A stretch of 64,000 bases of DNA from a virus (lineage: Duplodnaviria; Caudoviricetes). Location: the IMG/VR virus record IMGVR_UViG_3300031993_000008, positions 128,001 to 192,000 of that record; one strand, given 5' to 3'. The position numbers and the translations under genes were made by a program. Positions within the stretch are counted from its first letter, which is position 1. Every line of letters starts with the position of its first letter. The notes beneath the pieces are model-generated. The model did no database searches. It worked only from the letters and a program-made list of their open reading frames with translations, and had not been told where the DNA came from. This document shows, one piece after another, positions 38,639 to 48,868 of the stretch.

Positions 38639-40696
38639 ATGGCAAAACGTTTAAATGATAATGATGTTTTTGGTCTTGTAGATACTGCTGCATCCAATTA
38701 TATTCAGGAAATTTATGATGGTACAAACACTCATGCTGTTGCTGTTAAAAAAGGTATAACCTTCTTTAATGGTAGTGCTGATACCACTGGTGTTGTATGG
38801 AATGGTGTTCAGGAACTTGAGGTTGTTATCCCTACACTTGCTGATATCGTTTCAAACCCTGTAGTTCTTAAGGGTGTAATTAATAACGATTCTCAGATTC
38901 CTTCAACTGCATCAAATGGTGACTTGTATTACATTGGTGCAGATGGTGTTACAATTGATGGTCAGCTCTGTGAGGCTGGAGATATGGCAGTTTATTATAA
39001 TAGTGCTTGGCATGTAATTTCTGGTGAGAATCAGGTTACTATCAACACCTCTGCCGGTACAGTTACAGGTAATGACACAGTATTCTCAATTTCAGGTACA
39101 GCAAAGACTATCCTTACAGTTGAAGGTAAGACTTTGAGTGTTGAACTTGACTATGATGATATAGCAAGTAAGGTTAATGTTTCAAAGGGTGGTTCTGCTG
39201 CTATTTCAGTTGTAAATGGTACAGTTTCTGTTGATTCTATGAATATTGCTCTCGCAAAGACAGCCGGTGTATCACAGGATATTGCAACAGAAAAGACTAT
39301 TGCTCTTCCAACAGCCCTTGCATCTGGTGCAGTTACAATCAGTGAGAGTGTTCTTATATCATCTGACTTCTCATTTACCCAGGGTTCATTCCCAACAGCA
39401 AGTGTAAATACTACTGCTATTTCTATCAATGCTTCAACAGATATTTCAGTTACAGGTACATTTGTAACATCAGTTTCAGCTGTTGGTGGTGTATCTTTTG
39501 AAGAGGGTTCAAATGTAAGTAATGACCTTGCTTTTGTAACTGGTCTTACTTCTGCTTCAGGTACAAATTTTGTAACCGGAATCCGCACATTTGTATCAGA
39601 TGGAGAAACCCCAGATGCTTCAACAGATGTTATATTTGAAATCCCAGGTGCTGTTACTGTAACAGGTACAAGTACATTTGCAACAGGTTTTGGTGCAGCT
39701 GCAGCTTCTGGTGATGTTATTTCATCAGTTTCAGTTGGTGCAGTTACTATTGGTACTGGTACAGACATTGTAACTGGTCTTACTGGTGCAGGTAATTCAG
39801 TTATTACAGGTGTTACATTTGGTGATGCTTCAACAGACAGCACAAGAGAGTGGTTCTATAGTGGTCTCACAGAGGGTAGTGATGTTGTTACTGATGTTAC
39901 TGTTGGCACAGTTTCATTTGTTAGTGGTAATGATACAGCAGGTATGACAGATTCTGCTCTTGTAACCGCTTCTGTAAGTAACCATGTTCTTTCATTCACA
40001 ACTGGTACATTTATGAAACCTGTAAGTATTTCACAGGCTTCTTCTTCAGTTAGTAAGAAGGGATTCACAAAGACAGGTATTTCACTTACTGGATTTAGTT
40101 CAACATCAGATACCTTTACAAAGGGTGGTATCAGTCAGGCTGAAACAACTGTTTCTTATAAGAGTCTTACAACTGATAGTATTAACATTGCTCTTGGTTC
40201 AGCAACCAAGTATGTAGCTGATAAGGCAGAAGATCATGCATATACAGCAACAATGGGTTATAAGAAACTTTCATTGACTGATGCAACAACCTCAACAGGT
40301 TCACCTACACTTACAGGTACAAACATTACAGCTACTATCCCAGCTGAAACAGTTGTTGTTGGACTTAATGCAGGTACACTTCCTTCATTAGAAATTGGTG
40401 CACCATCAGGTACACTCACAGGTTCTGTTGGTACTACATTGGATACATCATCTGTTTCTTGGCTTGCTGTCGCATCTGATAAGAGAAATATTGCTGGTGG
40501 TGATACATATACATTGACATCTAACAGTTCAGCAGAAGGTGTTATCTCTGGTAGTGTAATTTCTGTTGCTGCTGCTGATAACTATGATGTTACAGGTGCA
40601 ACTGTTACAATTGCTTCTGGTGTCTTTGTAACTGATGTTGAAGTAAATGGTTCTACTGCTCTGCCGGTTCCAGTTCTTCAACCAGTGCTCAACTGA
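38639..40696 (+). CDS. Thr/Ser/Gly/Val-rich beta-strand structural (fibre-like) protein
   Basis: LKG...GDLYYI...EAGDM....W motif at the N-terminus; composition; late motif upstream. Confidence 0.6.
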   Translation: MAKRLNDNDVFGLVDTAASNYIQEIYDGTNTHAVAVKKGITFFNGSADTTGVVWNGVQELEVVIPTLADIVSNPVVLKGVINNDSQIPSTASNGDLYYIGADGVTIDGQLCEAGDMAVYYNSAWHVISGENQVTINTSAGTVTGNDTVFSISGTAKTILTVEGKTLSVELDYDDIASKVNVSKGGSAAISVVNGTVSVDSMNIALAKTAGVSQDIATEKTIALPTALASGAVTISESVLISSDFSFTQGSFPTASVNTTAISINASTDISVTGTFVTSVSAVGGVSFEEGSNVSNDLAFVTGLTSASGTNFVTGIRTFVSDGETPDASTDVIFEIPGAVTVTGTSTFATGFGAAAASGDVISSVSVGAVTIGTGTDIVTGLTGAGNSVITGVTFGDASTDSTREWFYSGLTEGSDVVTDVTVGTVSFVSGNDTAGMTDSALVTASVSNHVLSFTTGTFMKPVSISQASSSVSKKGFTKTGISLTGFSSTSDTFTKGGISQAETTVSYKSLTTDSINIALGSATKYVADKAEDHAYTATMGYKKLSLTDATTSTGSPTLTGTNITATIPAETVVVGLNAGTLPSLEIGAPSGTLTGSVGTTLDTSSVSWLAVASDKRNIAGGDTYTLTSNSSAEGVISGSVISVAAADNYDVTGATVTIASGVFVTDVEVNGSTALPVPVLQPVLN

Positions 40697-40753
40697 TTCC
40701 AGTTCTTCAACCAGAACCAAATAATGCATAATCAAAACACTTAATATATGATT

Positions 40754-40798
40754 GAAAAGGACTTGGATTTCAAGTCCTTTTCTTTTTTTGTTATATTT
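40754..40798 (+). terminator. Terminator hairpin running into a middle promoter (TTTGTTATATTT, 40787-40798)
   Basis: GAAAAGGACTTG-gattt-CAAGTCCTTTTC followed by a T-tract. Confidence 0.7.
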
Positions 40799-40822
40799 AA
40801 TGTATATAAAATATCTTTTAAT

Positions 40823-41866
40823 ATGGAACATAAAAGACTTCAGTTTTTGGTTCCCCAATATAAGGAGACAGAGGATGTTATCAAGTTTCTTCTTGATTCA
40901 ATAGAATGTCAGGTTCTTATTGATAAGAAAGATATAGGTGTAATTATCTGTTCTGATGGTGGGGAATATATACTTGACAGAAATTTTCTTGACAGTTATT
41001 CTTATGATATTGACTATATCATATGTCCTCACAGGAATGTATCTTCAACCAGGAATTCTGCACTTTTATTGTCAGATGCTGATTATATTATGTTTTGTGA
41101 TGCTGATGATGGTTTCTGTAACTTATTTGGAATTAAAATCATATTTGAAAATATTGATATCAGTGACAAGACCAACACCCCATTTGATTTATTGACATCA
41201 AAGTTTTATTGTGAAAGGTCAAGTGATGAAGGACATACAGGAAGTAAAAACACTTGTTCAAAAGATATATCTTGGGGACTTACTATGGGTGATCATAACA
41301 ATATATTCATTCATGGTAGAGTTTATAAAAGAGAGTTTCTTATAAAAAATTTCCTTTATTGGAATGAAAAGATTTGGGCAAATGAAGATAGTTTCTTCAA
41401 TATATCAACAAATCTTTATGCAAAGGATAAAATAAAGGCATTGGATGTTCCTATTTATTGTTGGAGAAGTAATCCACAGTCTGTTACAAATGACCCAAAA
41501 TTTATAGTGAAGACACTTCATCAGTTGATTTATTCTAATGATAGTGTACTTGAAACAATGCTTTTATTAAAAATAAATGAAAAGGAAATTGGAAAGTGTG
41601 CTTTCGATATAATCTGTAAGGTATATCTTGATATGAACAGACCTTGTTGGTATGAGGAAGGAAATAGTGAATATAGAGATATTACACTTAAGACATTACA
41701 ATGGTTCATAAACAAAAGGGGATTATTGTGTGAATGTCTTACTGATGATGAAAAAAAGGATACTCTTCAGAATGCAAGAGGTTCACAACATTATAAAAAT
41801 ATTGAAAGTATTGCATTTAATGATTTTATAAACTTTGTAATGAATTATGGAAAAGAACAGAAATGA
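40823..41866 (+). CDS. GT2-family glycosyltransferase
   Basis: FLVPQYKE, ICSDG, NVSSTRN, YIMFCDADD, NEDSFF; ATG at 40823. Confidence 0.85.
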   Translation: MEHKRLQFLVPQYKETEDVIKFLLDSIECQVLIDKKDIGVIICSDGGEYILDRNFLDSYSYDIDYIICPHRNVSSTRNSALLLSDADYIMFCDADDGFCNLFGIKIIFENIDISDKTNTPFDLLTSKFYCERSSDEGHTGSKNTCSKDISWGLTMGDHNNIFIHGRVYKREFLIKNFLYWNEKIWANEDSFFNISTNLYAKDKIKALDVPIYCWRSNPQSVTNDPKFIVKTLHQLIYSNDSVLETMLLLKINEKEIGKCAFDIICKVYLDMNRPCWYEEGNSEYRDITLKTLQWFINKRGLLCECLTDDEKKDTLQNARGSQHYKNIESIAFNDFINFVMNYGKEQK

Positions 41867-42779
41867 ATGGGTAATACATATCTGGGGTAAGAAAAGAGAA
41901 AATATGGAATTGAATGATATTGAGAAATTCCATATTCATATGTTAAGTATGTTCCAGGAACAATATAAGAAGTTTGATAAAATCCTTGTAAATATAGCAA
42001 TGGATGATATCTATGATACAAATCTTTTTGATTTCTTGAAAGAAAAGGTTGGTGAGGCTTTGAATAATGATAATGTTGAATTCAAGATGTGTCAAAACAA
42101 CCCGGAATTTGGTGAATATGTTACATTCAGGCCATATGTGTTTGACAGGATTGGTGAAGATGTCAATATATTCTATAGTCATTTCAAGGGATATGCAACA
42201 TTTGTAAAGGTACTTAAGGAATCATTTCCAACAAGAGTCATTAGTCTCTGTGAATTATTTTGGGCATATCTTATGTATCAGTATTCTTTGAATGTTGATG
42301 ATGTAAATGATAAACTCAAAGACAAATGTACATATAGTTGGTTTGTTATAAAAGACCCAGAAAGTAATTATTTTACTAATTATTTTACTGAATACCATAA
42401 TAAACTTAAAGGTGAAGATAAGAGGTTTGAGGATAGTGCAAAAGATAATTTCCATAAGTATTCTCCCGGAAGTTTTTGTTGGTATAATCTTAAGAGAATT
42501 GGTGAAAAACTGAAGGATGAACCTTGGATTACATCTGTTACAACTGATTATCTTTCAAAGGATATAAAGGAAAATGATATTAATTTATGTACACATTTTT
42601 GTGAAGCATATCTGATGCAGTTCTTGGATGTTGATGAGTGTTATTCTGTTAATAATTTTAATGAAGAAATAAAGAAAATAGAAATTCCATTCTACATAAC
42701 AATTTATCCATCAAAACTTATTGGTAGGGAATATCTGAAAGACTTTGAGAAATATTTAATTGAAAACAAGTTGATATAA
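41847..42779 (+). CDS. Hypothetical protein, possibly glycosyltransferase-like
   Basis: Overlaps the GT2 gene; GE..T, FYSHFKG, GSFCW and HFCE pattern reminiscent of viral YxHxKG proteins. Confidence 0.5.
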   Translation: MEKNRNEWVIHIWGKKRENMELNDIEKFHIHMLSMFQEQYKKFDKILVNIAMDDIYDTNLFDFLKEKVGEALNNDNVEFKMCQNNPEFGEYVTFRPYVFDRIGEDVNIFYSHFKGYATFVKVLKESFPTRVISLCELFWAYLMYQYSLNVDDVNDKLKDKCTYSWFVIKDPESNYFTNYFTEYHNKLKGEDKRFEDSAKDNFHKYSPGSFCWYNLKRIGEKLKDEPWITSVTTDYLSKDIKENDINLCTHFCEAYLMQFLDVDECYSVNNFNEEIKKIEIPFYITIYPSKLIGREYLKDFEKYLIENKLI

Positions 42780-42798
42780 ACAAATAGAACCAATAAAT

Positions 42799-42841
42799 GA
42801 AAGGGGAATGACCTTGGGGTCGTTCCCCTTTCTCATAAATA
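42799..42841 (+). terminator. Terminator hairpin followed by late promoter CATAAATA (42834-42841)
   Basis: GAAAGGGGAATGACC-ttgg-GGTCGTTCCCCTTTC. Confidence 0.7.
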
Positions 42842-42845
42842 TAAT

Positions 42846-43793
42846 ATGGCTAATGAGATTATAGAATTTGTAAAAACAACATCAGAAAAACTTGATTATG
42901 TGTTGGAAAAGGATGGTGGAAAATATACAAAATCATTCATCCACACTCATGATGTCAATGAGAATGAAACAGCAGATGATCAGTTGTATATTGGTCCTGA
43001 CAGACTTACAGACAAGTTCAATGTAGGTAATTCAAATCTTTCAGATCCTACCAGGAAGGTTGGGGGACTTGATGCATCTACCATAGGACAACTGAAGGAC
43101 AGGAAGATAAGTGAGATACTTATGGACATCCTCAGACCTGATGTCATTGAACCGAGTGTGAGTACTCCTGCAAGTGTGAGTATTTCATATAATAATCCTA
43201 CACTTATTGAGGTGGGTTCAACACTTCCTTCCAAATCAGATATATCATCAGTTATTGATAATGGTGTTTGGTCTGATGAAACACCATATTCTGGAGGATC
43301 CGGTTCTGTTACATTGAATATGACTCCAAACAAATGGGGTACATCTTCAATTGAGGGAAAGTATATTATATCAGGAAGTGTGACATTTGAGGAAGGAGGA
43401 ATTCCAAAGGATAACTTTGGAGATGAGTATCCTGAAAAACAATACCTTGGAGGTACTGAAACATCAAATGAAATCACAATAACATCTATATATCCTATAT
43501 ATATCAATGATGGAGATGACATCACAGTTATGGTGAAACACATTGTTGATTATATTGATGGTGCTGAATTTGAGGTAACCATTCCAGCAGAGATTGAAAC
43601 ACCTGAACCTACAAAGTTTATGATCCAGGTGCCATATGAATTTACAACATTTGAGGTGAAGAAGTACAACCAATTGACAGATAAGTATGACATTGATGTC
43701 CCTATGGTATTTGATAGCAATATGTATATCAGAGAGGATAATACATATACCAATACAACAAGTACCCAATATAAAATTAAGCTGAAGAAGTAA
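42846..43793 (+). CDS. Hypothetical structural protein
   Basis: 315 aa, first gene of a late operon. Confidence 0.65.
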   Translation: MANEIIEFVKTTSEKLDYVLEKDGGKYTKSFIHTHDVNENETADDQLYIGPDRLTDKFNVGNSNLSDPTRKVGGLDASTIGQLKDRKISEILMDILRPDVIEPSVSTPASVSISYNNPTLIEVGSTLPSKSDISSVIDNGVWSDETPYSGGSGSVTLNMTPNKWGTSSIEGKYIISGSVTFEEGGIPKDNFGDEYPEKQYLGGTETSNEITITSIYPIYINDGDDITVMVKHIVDYIDGAEFEVTIPAEIETPEPTKFMIQVPYEFTTFEVKKYNQLTDKYDIDVPMVFDSNMYIREDNTYTNTTSTQYKIKLKK

Positions 43794-43799
43794 TAATAT

Positions 43800-46700
43800 A
43801 TGTCAGGAAAAACATTTACCGGTGATATAAAATTCCCAAGTAACTTTGATGTCCAGACCACCAGGCCTTTGGATGTTAGGTTGGTTGTGGATTCAAAAGA
43901 AGACTTGACAAATGGTTCAATAGAAGCACCATACCAGGGTATGGTTGTAAATATCAAGGGCACTTCAGAACTCTGGATTCTTTTAACTGATGGTATTGAG
44001 AACTCAAAGAATGAAGAGAACTGGAAACTTGTGACAGGTTCAGGTGGTGGATTGTCAAAGTATTCTATCCCAGTTATGACTCCTGAAATGATGGATGAGG
44101 CAATTGCAGATCCAGATATTGAGTTTGGTGATTCAGATGAGTGTATTATTATAGATGAAAATCATAATCTGGATGATGACAATCCAGATATATTCTATAA
44201 GGGTATCATCCAGGATATGTACAGATCAATCATAGCACTTCAGGCAGAAGTGACAAGATTGAAGAATACATTTGAGTCTGGTATTGTATCATATAAGAAT
44301 AGAGATACAAGATTTGGTGATGTTGCTGGAGATACATCTGTTGATGAGGAAGAACCACTGTGGGCTGTGGAACCTGGCTATCTTTCATTGGTGAGTGACA
44401 ATCCTAACTTCATCACAACTTTGGATGTGAGAGGTAGTGCATCTTTCATACAGAGAGGTATTGAAGAAGCATCAATTGATGTGAGTGTTGATGACCAGTT
44501 GACATTTGTTGGTGGTGAATATATGTTTTATGATGGTCTGACACCGGATGCAGAACAGGCAAATCTCACACTTTATAACATCAAAGATTCAAAACTCATC
44601 ACATATCTTGTTACAGATAAACCAGATATTAAAATAGAACTTATACCTGTTGCTAATGAGTACAGTATATCTGATGTAAGAGAAGTGAATTTTGCATCAT
44701 TGTTAGGAGGTATCAGTACTACAAATAAATATGGAATCTGTATGATTCTCAGCAGAAAACAGAAGACAGATGATGAGACATACAAAGGTTTCAATTATGT
44801 ATATTTCTCAATAATAGATTACAACACAAATAAGAAGTTACGTGAGGGATATTTAAATAAGAATAGTGATACATTGTCATCTGACAGAGTTTTGTTGGAT
44901 GACAGATATGCAATACGTTCACTTGCATTTAATGGAAGACATAGTGCTGAAAGCAGTAATATGACCCTTTACAGAATGAAGTTCTATACAAAGTATGAGG
45001 ATTTCAGTTCTGGTTGGGAAGAGAGGGAAGATGAAATTATATCCAACCCACCAAGTGAATATGATACAACATATGAAGTTGCACACATTGCCATTAGGTC
45101 AGTCAAGAATTTGGAAATGCTTGATGAGATTACTGATAAACTTCTTGACAATGAGTTGATATGGAATAAGGATAACAATGCCCTTTATATCAAATCTGAT
45201 GGTAAGATTTGTAGAATTGGATCTAAGTCCAGTGATGATGATGAACATAAAAAAGATAATAATATGACAGACAAAGAAATTATAGAAGCCCTTGAGAAGA
45301 TGGGTATCATTGTGAACAATCCTGTTTACAGTGAGGATGAATATGGTGAAGATACTGTACTTGAGTCATTTGGTAACATTTCATTGAAACCAATTGCTGA
45401 TGTTACATTTGTCAACCAGGATACCAATAAGAGGTTTACATTTACTGTGGACCCGGAAGGTAATCTTGTGGGTAAGGACAAATCTGCACAGACTATTGAA
45501 GAGTATTTGAGAGAAACAGAACAATCATCCAAATATGATAATACTACTGACTATAAAGCAGTAAGAGGTTTCTCTTCTGACTATCTCTTTATGAAGACCA
45601 ATTCAAAGAATAATATATTCATGACAGATGATGCCGGCAAATTGTCAGACAGGTTGAGAATCTCATCATTCTATGCACCAATCATTACAGATGATGTACA
45701 TGGATGTACACATTCATTTGTTGAATTGGAAAATACATCTGAAGTTGATATACCATTGACAGGTGTATATCTCCATTTCTATGATGCATTTACTGATACT
45801 GCTCATCATCTTGAACTTGATGGTGTTTGTAAGGCAGGTGGAACATATCTCATCAGAGGTGCAAAACATGCTGAACTTGATGATGCTTCTGCATTTATCA
45901 AGGTGAAGACATATGATAAGGAGTGGTATGAGAATGGTGAACTTCTTTCATTTGAACAGGTTGCAGTCAAGACAGTTACTGTTGATGATGTGGAAGAAGC
46001 TGCTCCTGATAGTCCTGTAAAATTTGCATATAGATTTTGCTTGACATATGGTCTTCCCAACTTGGCACCAACTGATAGATTGGTTATGGAAAATTCAGGT
46101 TCTGAAATTGGAGGAGTCACATATGATGCTTCAACATATCCAAATCTCATTATTAATCCAAGATTTATAGATGGTTGTTCATTCTCAACAGCATCAAGTA
46201 TTGCTGGATATACAAATCCTTGGTATGCAAATGGTAAGGGTGGTGTTGGTATTCAGATCAAAAAGAATACAATGTTCAGACTTATGTTTGCATTGGATCC
46301 TGCAAAGCAGGCATTTAATGGTTTCAACGGAAAGGACAGTTCAAGAATAAGATACAATAAGGCAACAGATATCCAGGTCCTTGATTTAAATAAGGAGTTC
46401 ATAGGATATCCTCACAGTAATGAAACTATTAAGATAGATAGATATACACCAAAGGCATCCTTTGAGAATAGGAATGTAATGACAGACAAGTCACAACTCA
46501 ATAAGGAGAAACCAAATATGGTTACCTGTTCATTTGGTCTTGATGTGTATAACACAAGATGTTTCAACTGGATTTCTTGTGGTACATTTGATGAGTATGT
46601 ATGGGTAAGACCACAGGGTTCAACAGCATGGACTGGATTTCAGTCATATACAAAGGTTTCAAAAAACAATGTTGAAGATACTTCAAAATCAATACGTAGG

Positions 46701-48860
46701 AAAGAATATCTGATGGATGTGAATAATGCAGGATATGCAAGGATGATTAACAGATTCCCTGGAAACAATGTTCTTTTCACATCACATAAATGTGTCCTTG
46801 TGTTCCCGGATGCATTAGAACCAACAGTATATGAATATGTTGTTGGTAGACCTGATAAGGATGGTAAACCTGATTTTGAACATACAAACAGTATATATAC
46901 ATTTACATTGTACCCAAGGTCATATGAAGGTAGGGTATATCAGGTTACTGACCAACAGGGATTCCACTGGATTGAATACCAGGTATGGGCTGCAGCTGCA
47001 GAGTTCCTCAATACAAAGATTGCTCAGGAAATTGCTGAAATAAATTCAACAGCAACTACAAAGGTATTCCCTATCCTCATCAATACTGGTGATATGACTC
47101 AATCTGGTGCCCGTGTTAATGAGTGGTTGGATTATTACAATGGTGGTGTAAGTTTGTTTAATCATCTTGAACAAATGAACTGTGTGGGTAACAATGACCT
47201 TTGTCCTATCAACCCAAGAGATCTTGGTACTGGTAATGATAATGACAAGTCAAGTTCACACTTCTTCCATTATTTCTACTGCTTTGATGTAAGGGATACT
47301 GAAAAGTGTAATGAAGAAATTCCAGATCCAGAAAAACCAAATGAGAAGATTTATACAGGCAGTAAGTTCTTTACTGGTGAGAGTCTTGTTGTAAAAGCAC
47401 ATACTGGACAGTTTGGTAGTGGTGATGAACTTGTTGAGATAAATGTTACAGAAGATAGATTTATCCCATCATTCTATTATTTCAAGACAGGTAAGGTTCT
47501 GTATTTGATAGTTAATTCTGAAATACCTAAATCTAACTGTATGTATTGGTTTGGTCTTTGCTCAAATAATGCATATGTCAATATTTATACAGGTATTGAG
47601 ATTTCAGCAAATGGTGCATATGCTGCTACTGATAATTGTTTTACACCTCTTTATGAAACAATGTATGCATGGTTATCAGGTAATCAGACCAGTGGTGTGA
47701 ATGACAGAAAGGTTGTTGTTGCAATGCATGAGATGCCTTTCACTGTTATAACCAATGAATCTCTGTTTAAGGGAACAACAAAGAATATACCTTGTACAAG
47801 AAATTTCCCAACAAAGAAGGGAAGACTTGGTTCAAATACCAATCAGTTGGACATCAATGAGGATAGGGGTATTTTCTGGTGTTCAAGACTTCTTGAATAT
47901 TTTGGATGTAAACTTGTAATTGGTGGACATAAGCACACATATGCTCTTTCATATCCTATTAAGGAGAAATATACTTGGAAACTTGGTGATGCTGCTGCTG
48001 TAGATAGTAAGACACAAATTAAGACTATGCTTCCAACTCTTGAAGATGAGGCAGGTGTAAATCCACAGTGCTTGATTTCATGGAATATTGAAGCAACAGA
48101 TAGCAATAAGGAAGAGTATAACTTTACTGGTGATACTGCATTGAACAGTACAAAGACACCATATATTCCTAACAATCTTTACAGTGAGTATGGTAAGGAT
48201 ATAACTGATGGTTCAACAGATTTTATCCGTTGTTGTACACCTATTGATGATTATAATGAAAAATATGATGGATTTGTATCTTATTCAATGTGCCAGGCAA
48301 CTGGATATAAATTGAAGTCAAACAAGGAACTTCCTGCACCAACACAGGTATTCTCAAAGATTATACCTATGACTACATATAAAAAGAGTGATAGTAATGC
48401 ATTTACAGATTCACCAAGTGGTGACCAGTTATATCCTATGTATAGTGTCCTTGAGTTTGAATATGATAGCAATGGCAAGGTGAATGGAATCAGTGTTACT
48501 ATGAACCGTATCACAAGTATCTTCAAGGCAGATAATAAGGATAAGTTTGACCAGTTGAGTTATGGAACAAAGGCAATGAAGAGACAGTGCCTCTGTACAT
48601 TTGAAAAGGAAGATTGTAATGGATATGGAACTACCAGTCAAAGACCGGCAAATCCAGCCAATGGATATCTTTATTTTGACATCACACTTAATAAAGTAGT
48701 ACAATATCAGGTCACAACTGCTGAAAGTAAGTGGATAGAGGCCAGAATAAGAATGTATGGTAAGTGGTTGTCAGAGGCCGATGCAAAAAGTAGATTAGAT
48801 AATTACCTGGCAAATCCTACCACTGTTGCAGACAACAGATATTTACATATTAAATATTAA
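43800..48860 (+). CDS. 1686-aa protein with lamin-tail-like domain, FN3-like domain and purple-acid-phosphatase-type metallophosphoesterase
   Basis: HSFVELENTSEVDIPLTGVYL (LTD); VTDQQG, NTGDMTQ, VGNND, MHEMP, GGHKHTY. Confidence 0.75.
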   Translation: MSGKTFTGDIKFPSNFDVQTTRPLDVRLVVDSKEDLTNGSIEAPYQGMVVNIKGTSELWILLTDGIENSKNEENWKLVTGSGGGLSKYSIPVMTPEMMDEAIADPDIEFGDSDECIIIDENHNLDDDNPDIFYKGIIQDMYRSIIALQAEVTRLKNTFESGIVSYKNRDTRFGDVAGDTSVDEEEPLWAVEPGYLSLVSDNPNFITTLDVRGSASFIQRGIEEASIDVSVDDQLTFVGGEYMFYDGLTPDAEQANLTLYNIKDSKLITYLVTDKPDIKIELIPVANEYSISDVREVNFASLLGGISTTNKYGICMILSRKQKTDDETYKGFNYVYFSIIDYNTNKKLREGYLNKNSDTLSSDRVLLDDRYAIRSLAFNGRHSAESSNMTLYRMKFYTKYEDFSSGWEEREDEIISNPPSEYDTTYEVAHIAIRSVKNLEMLDEITDKLLDNELIWNKDNNALYIKSDGKICRIGSKSSDDDEHKKDNNMTDKEIIEALEKMGIIVNNPVYSEDEYGEDTVLESFGNISLKPIADVTFVNQDTNKRFTFTVDPEGNLVGKDKSAQTIEEYLRETEQSSKYDNTTDYKAVRGFSSDYLFMKTNSKNNIFMTDDAGKLSDRLRISSFYAPIITDDVHGCTHSFVELENTSEVDIPLTGVYLHFYDAFTDTAHHLELDGVCKAGGTYLIRGAKHAELDDASAFIKVKTYDKEWYENGELLSFEQVAVKTVTVDDVEEAAPDSPVKFAYRFCLTYGLPNLAPTDRLVMENSGSEIGGVTYDASTYPNLIINPRFIDGCSFSTASSIAGYTNPWYANGKGGVGIQIKKNTMFRLMFALDPAKQAFNGFNGKDSSRIRYNKATDIQVLDLNKEFIGYPHSNETIKIDRYTPKASFENRNVMTDKSQLNKEKPNMVTCSFGLDVYNTRCFNWISCGTFDEYVWVRPQGSTAWTGFQSYTKVSKNNVEDTSKSIRRKEYLMDVNNAGYARMINRFPGNNVLFTSHKCVLVFPDALEPTVYEYVVGRPDKDGKPDFEHTNSIYTFTLYPRSYEGRVYQVTDQQGFHWIEYQVWAAAAEFLNTKIAQEIAEINSTATTKVFPILINTGDMTQSGARVNEWLDYYNGGVSLFNHLEQMNCVGNNDLCPINPRDLGTGNDNDKSSSHFFHYFYCFDVRDTEKCNEEIPDPEKPNEKIYTGSKFFTGESLVVKAHTGQFGSGDELVEINVTEDRFIPSFYYFKTGKVLYLIVNSEIPKSNCMYWFGLCSNNAYVNIYTGIEISANGAYAATDNCFTPLYETMYAWLSGNQTSGVNDRKVVVAMHEMPFTVITNESLFKGTTKNIPCTRNFPTKKGRLGSNTNQLDINEDRGIFWCSRLLEYFGCKLVIGGHKHTYALSYPIKEKYTWKLGDAAAVDSKTQIKTMLPTLEDEAGVNPQCLISWNIEATDSNKEEYNFTGDTALNSTKTPYIPNNLYSEYGKDITDGSTDFIRCCTPIDDYNEKYDGFVSYSMCQATGYKLKSNKELPAPTQVFSKIIPMTTYKKSDSNAFTDSPSGDQLYPMYSVLEFEYDSNGKVNGISVTMNRITSIFKADNKDKFDQLSYGTKAMKRQCLCTFEKEDCNGYGTTSQRPANPANGYLYFDITLNKVVQYQVTTAESKWIEARIRMYGKWLSEADAKSRLDNYLANPTTVADNRYLHIKY

Positions 48861-48868
48861 TTGAGATT

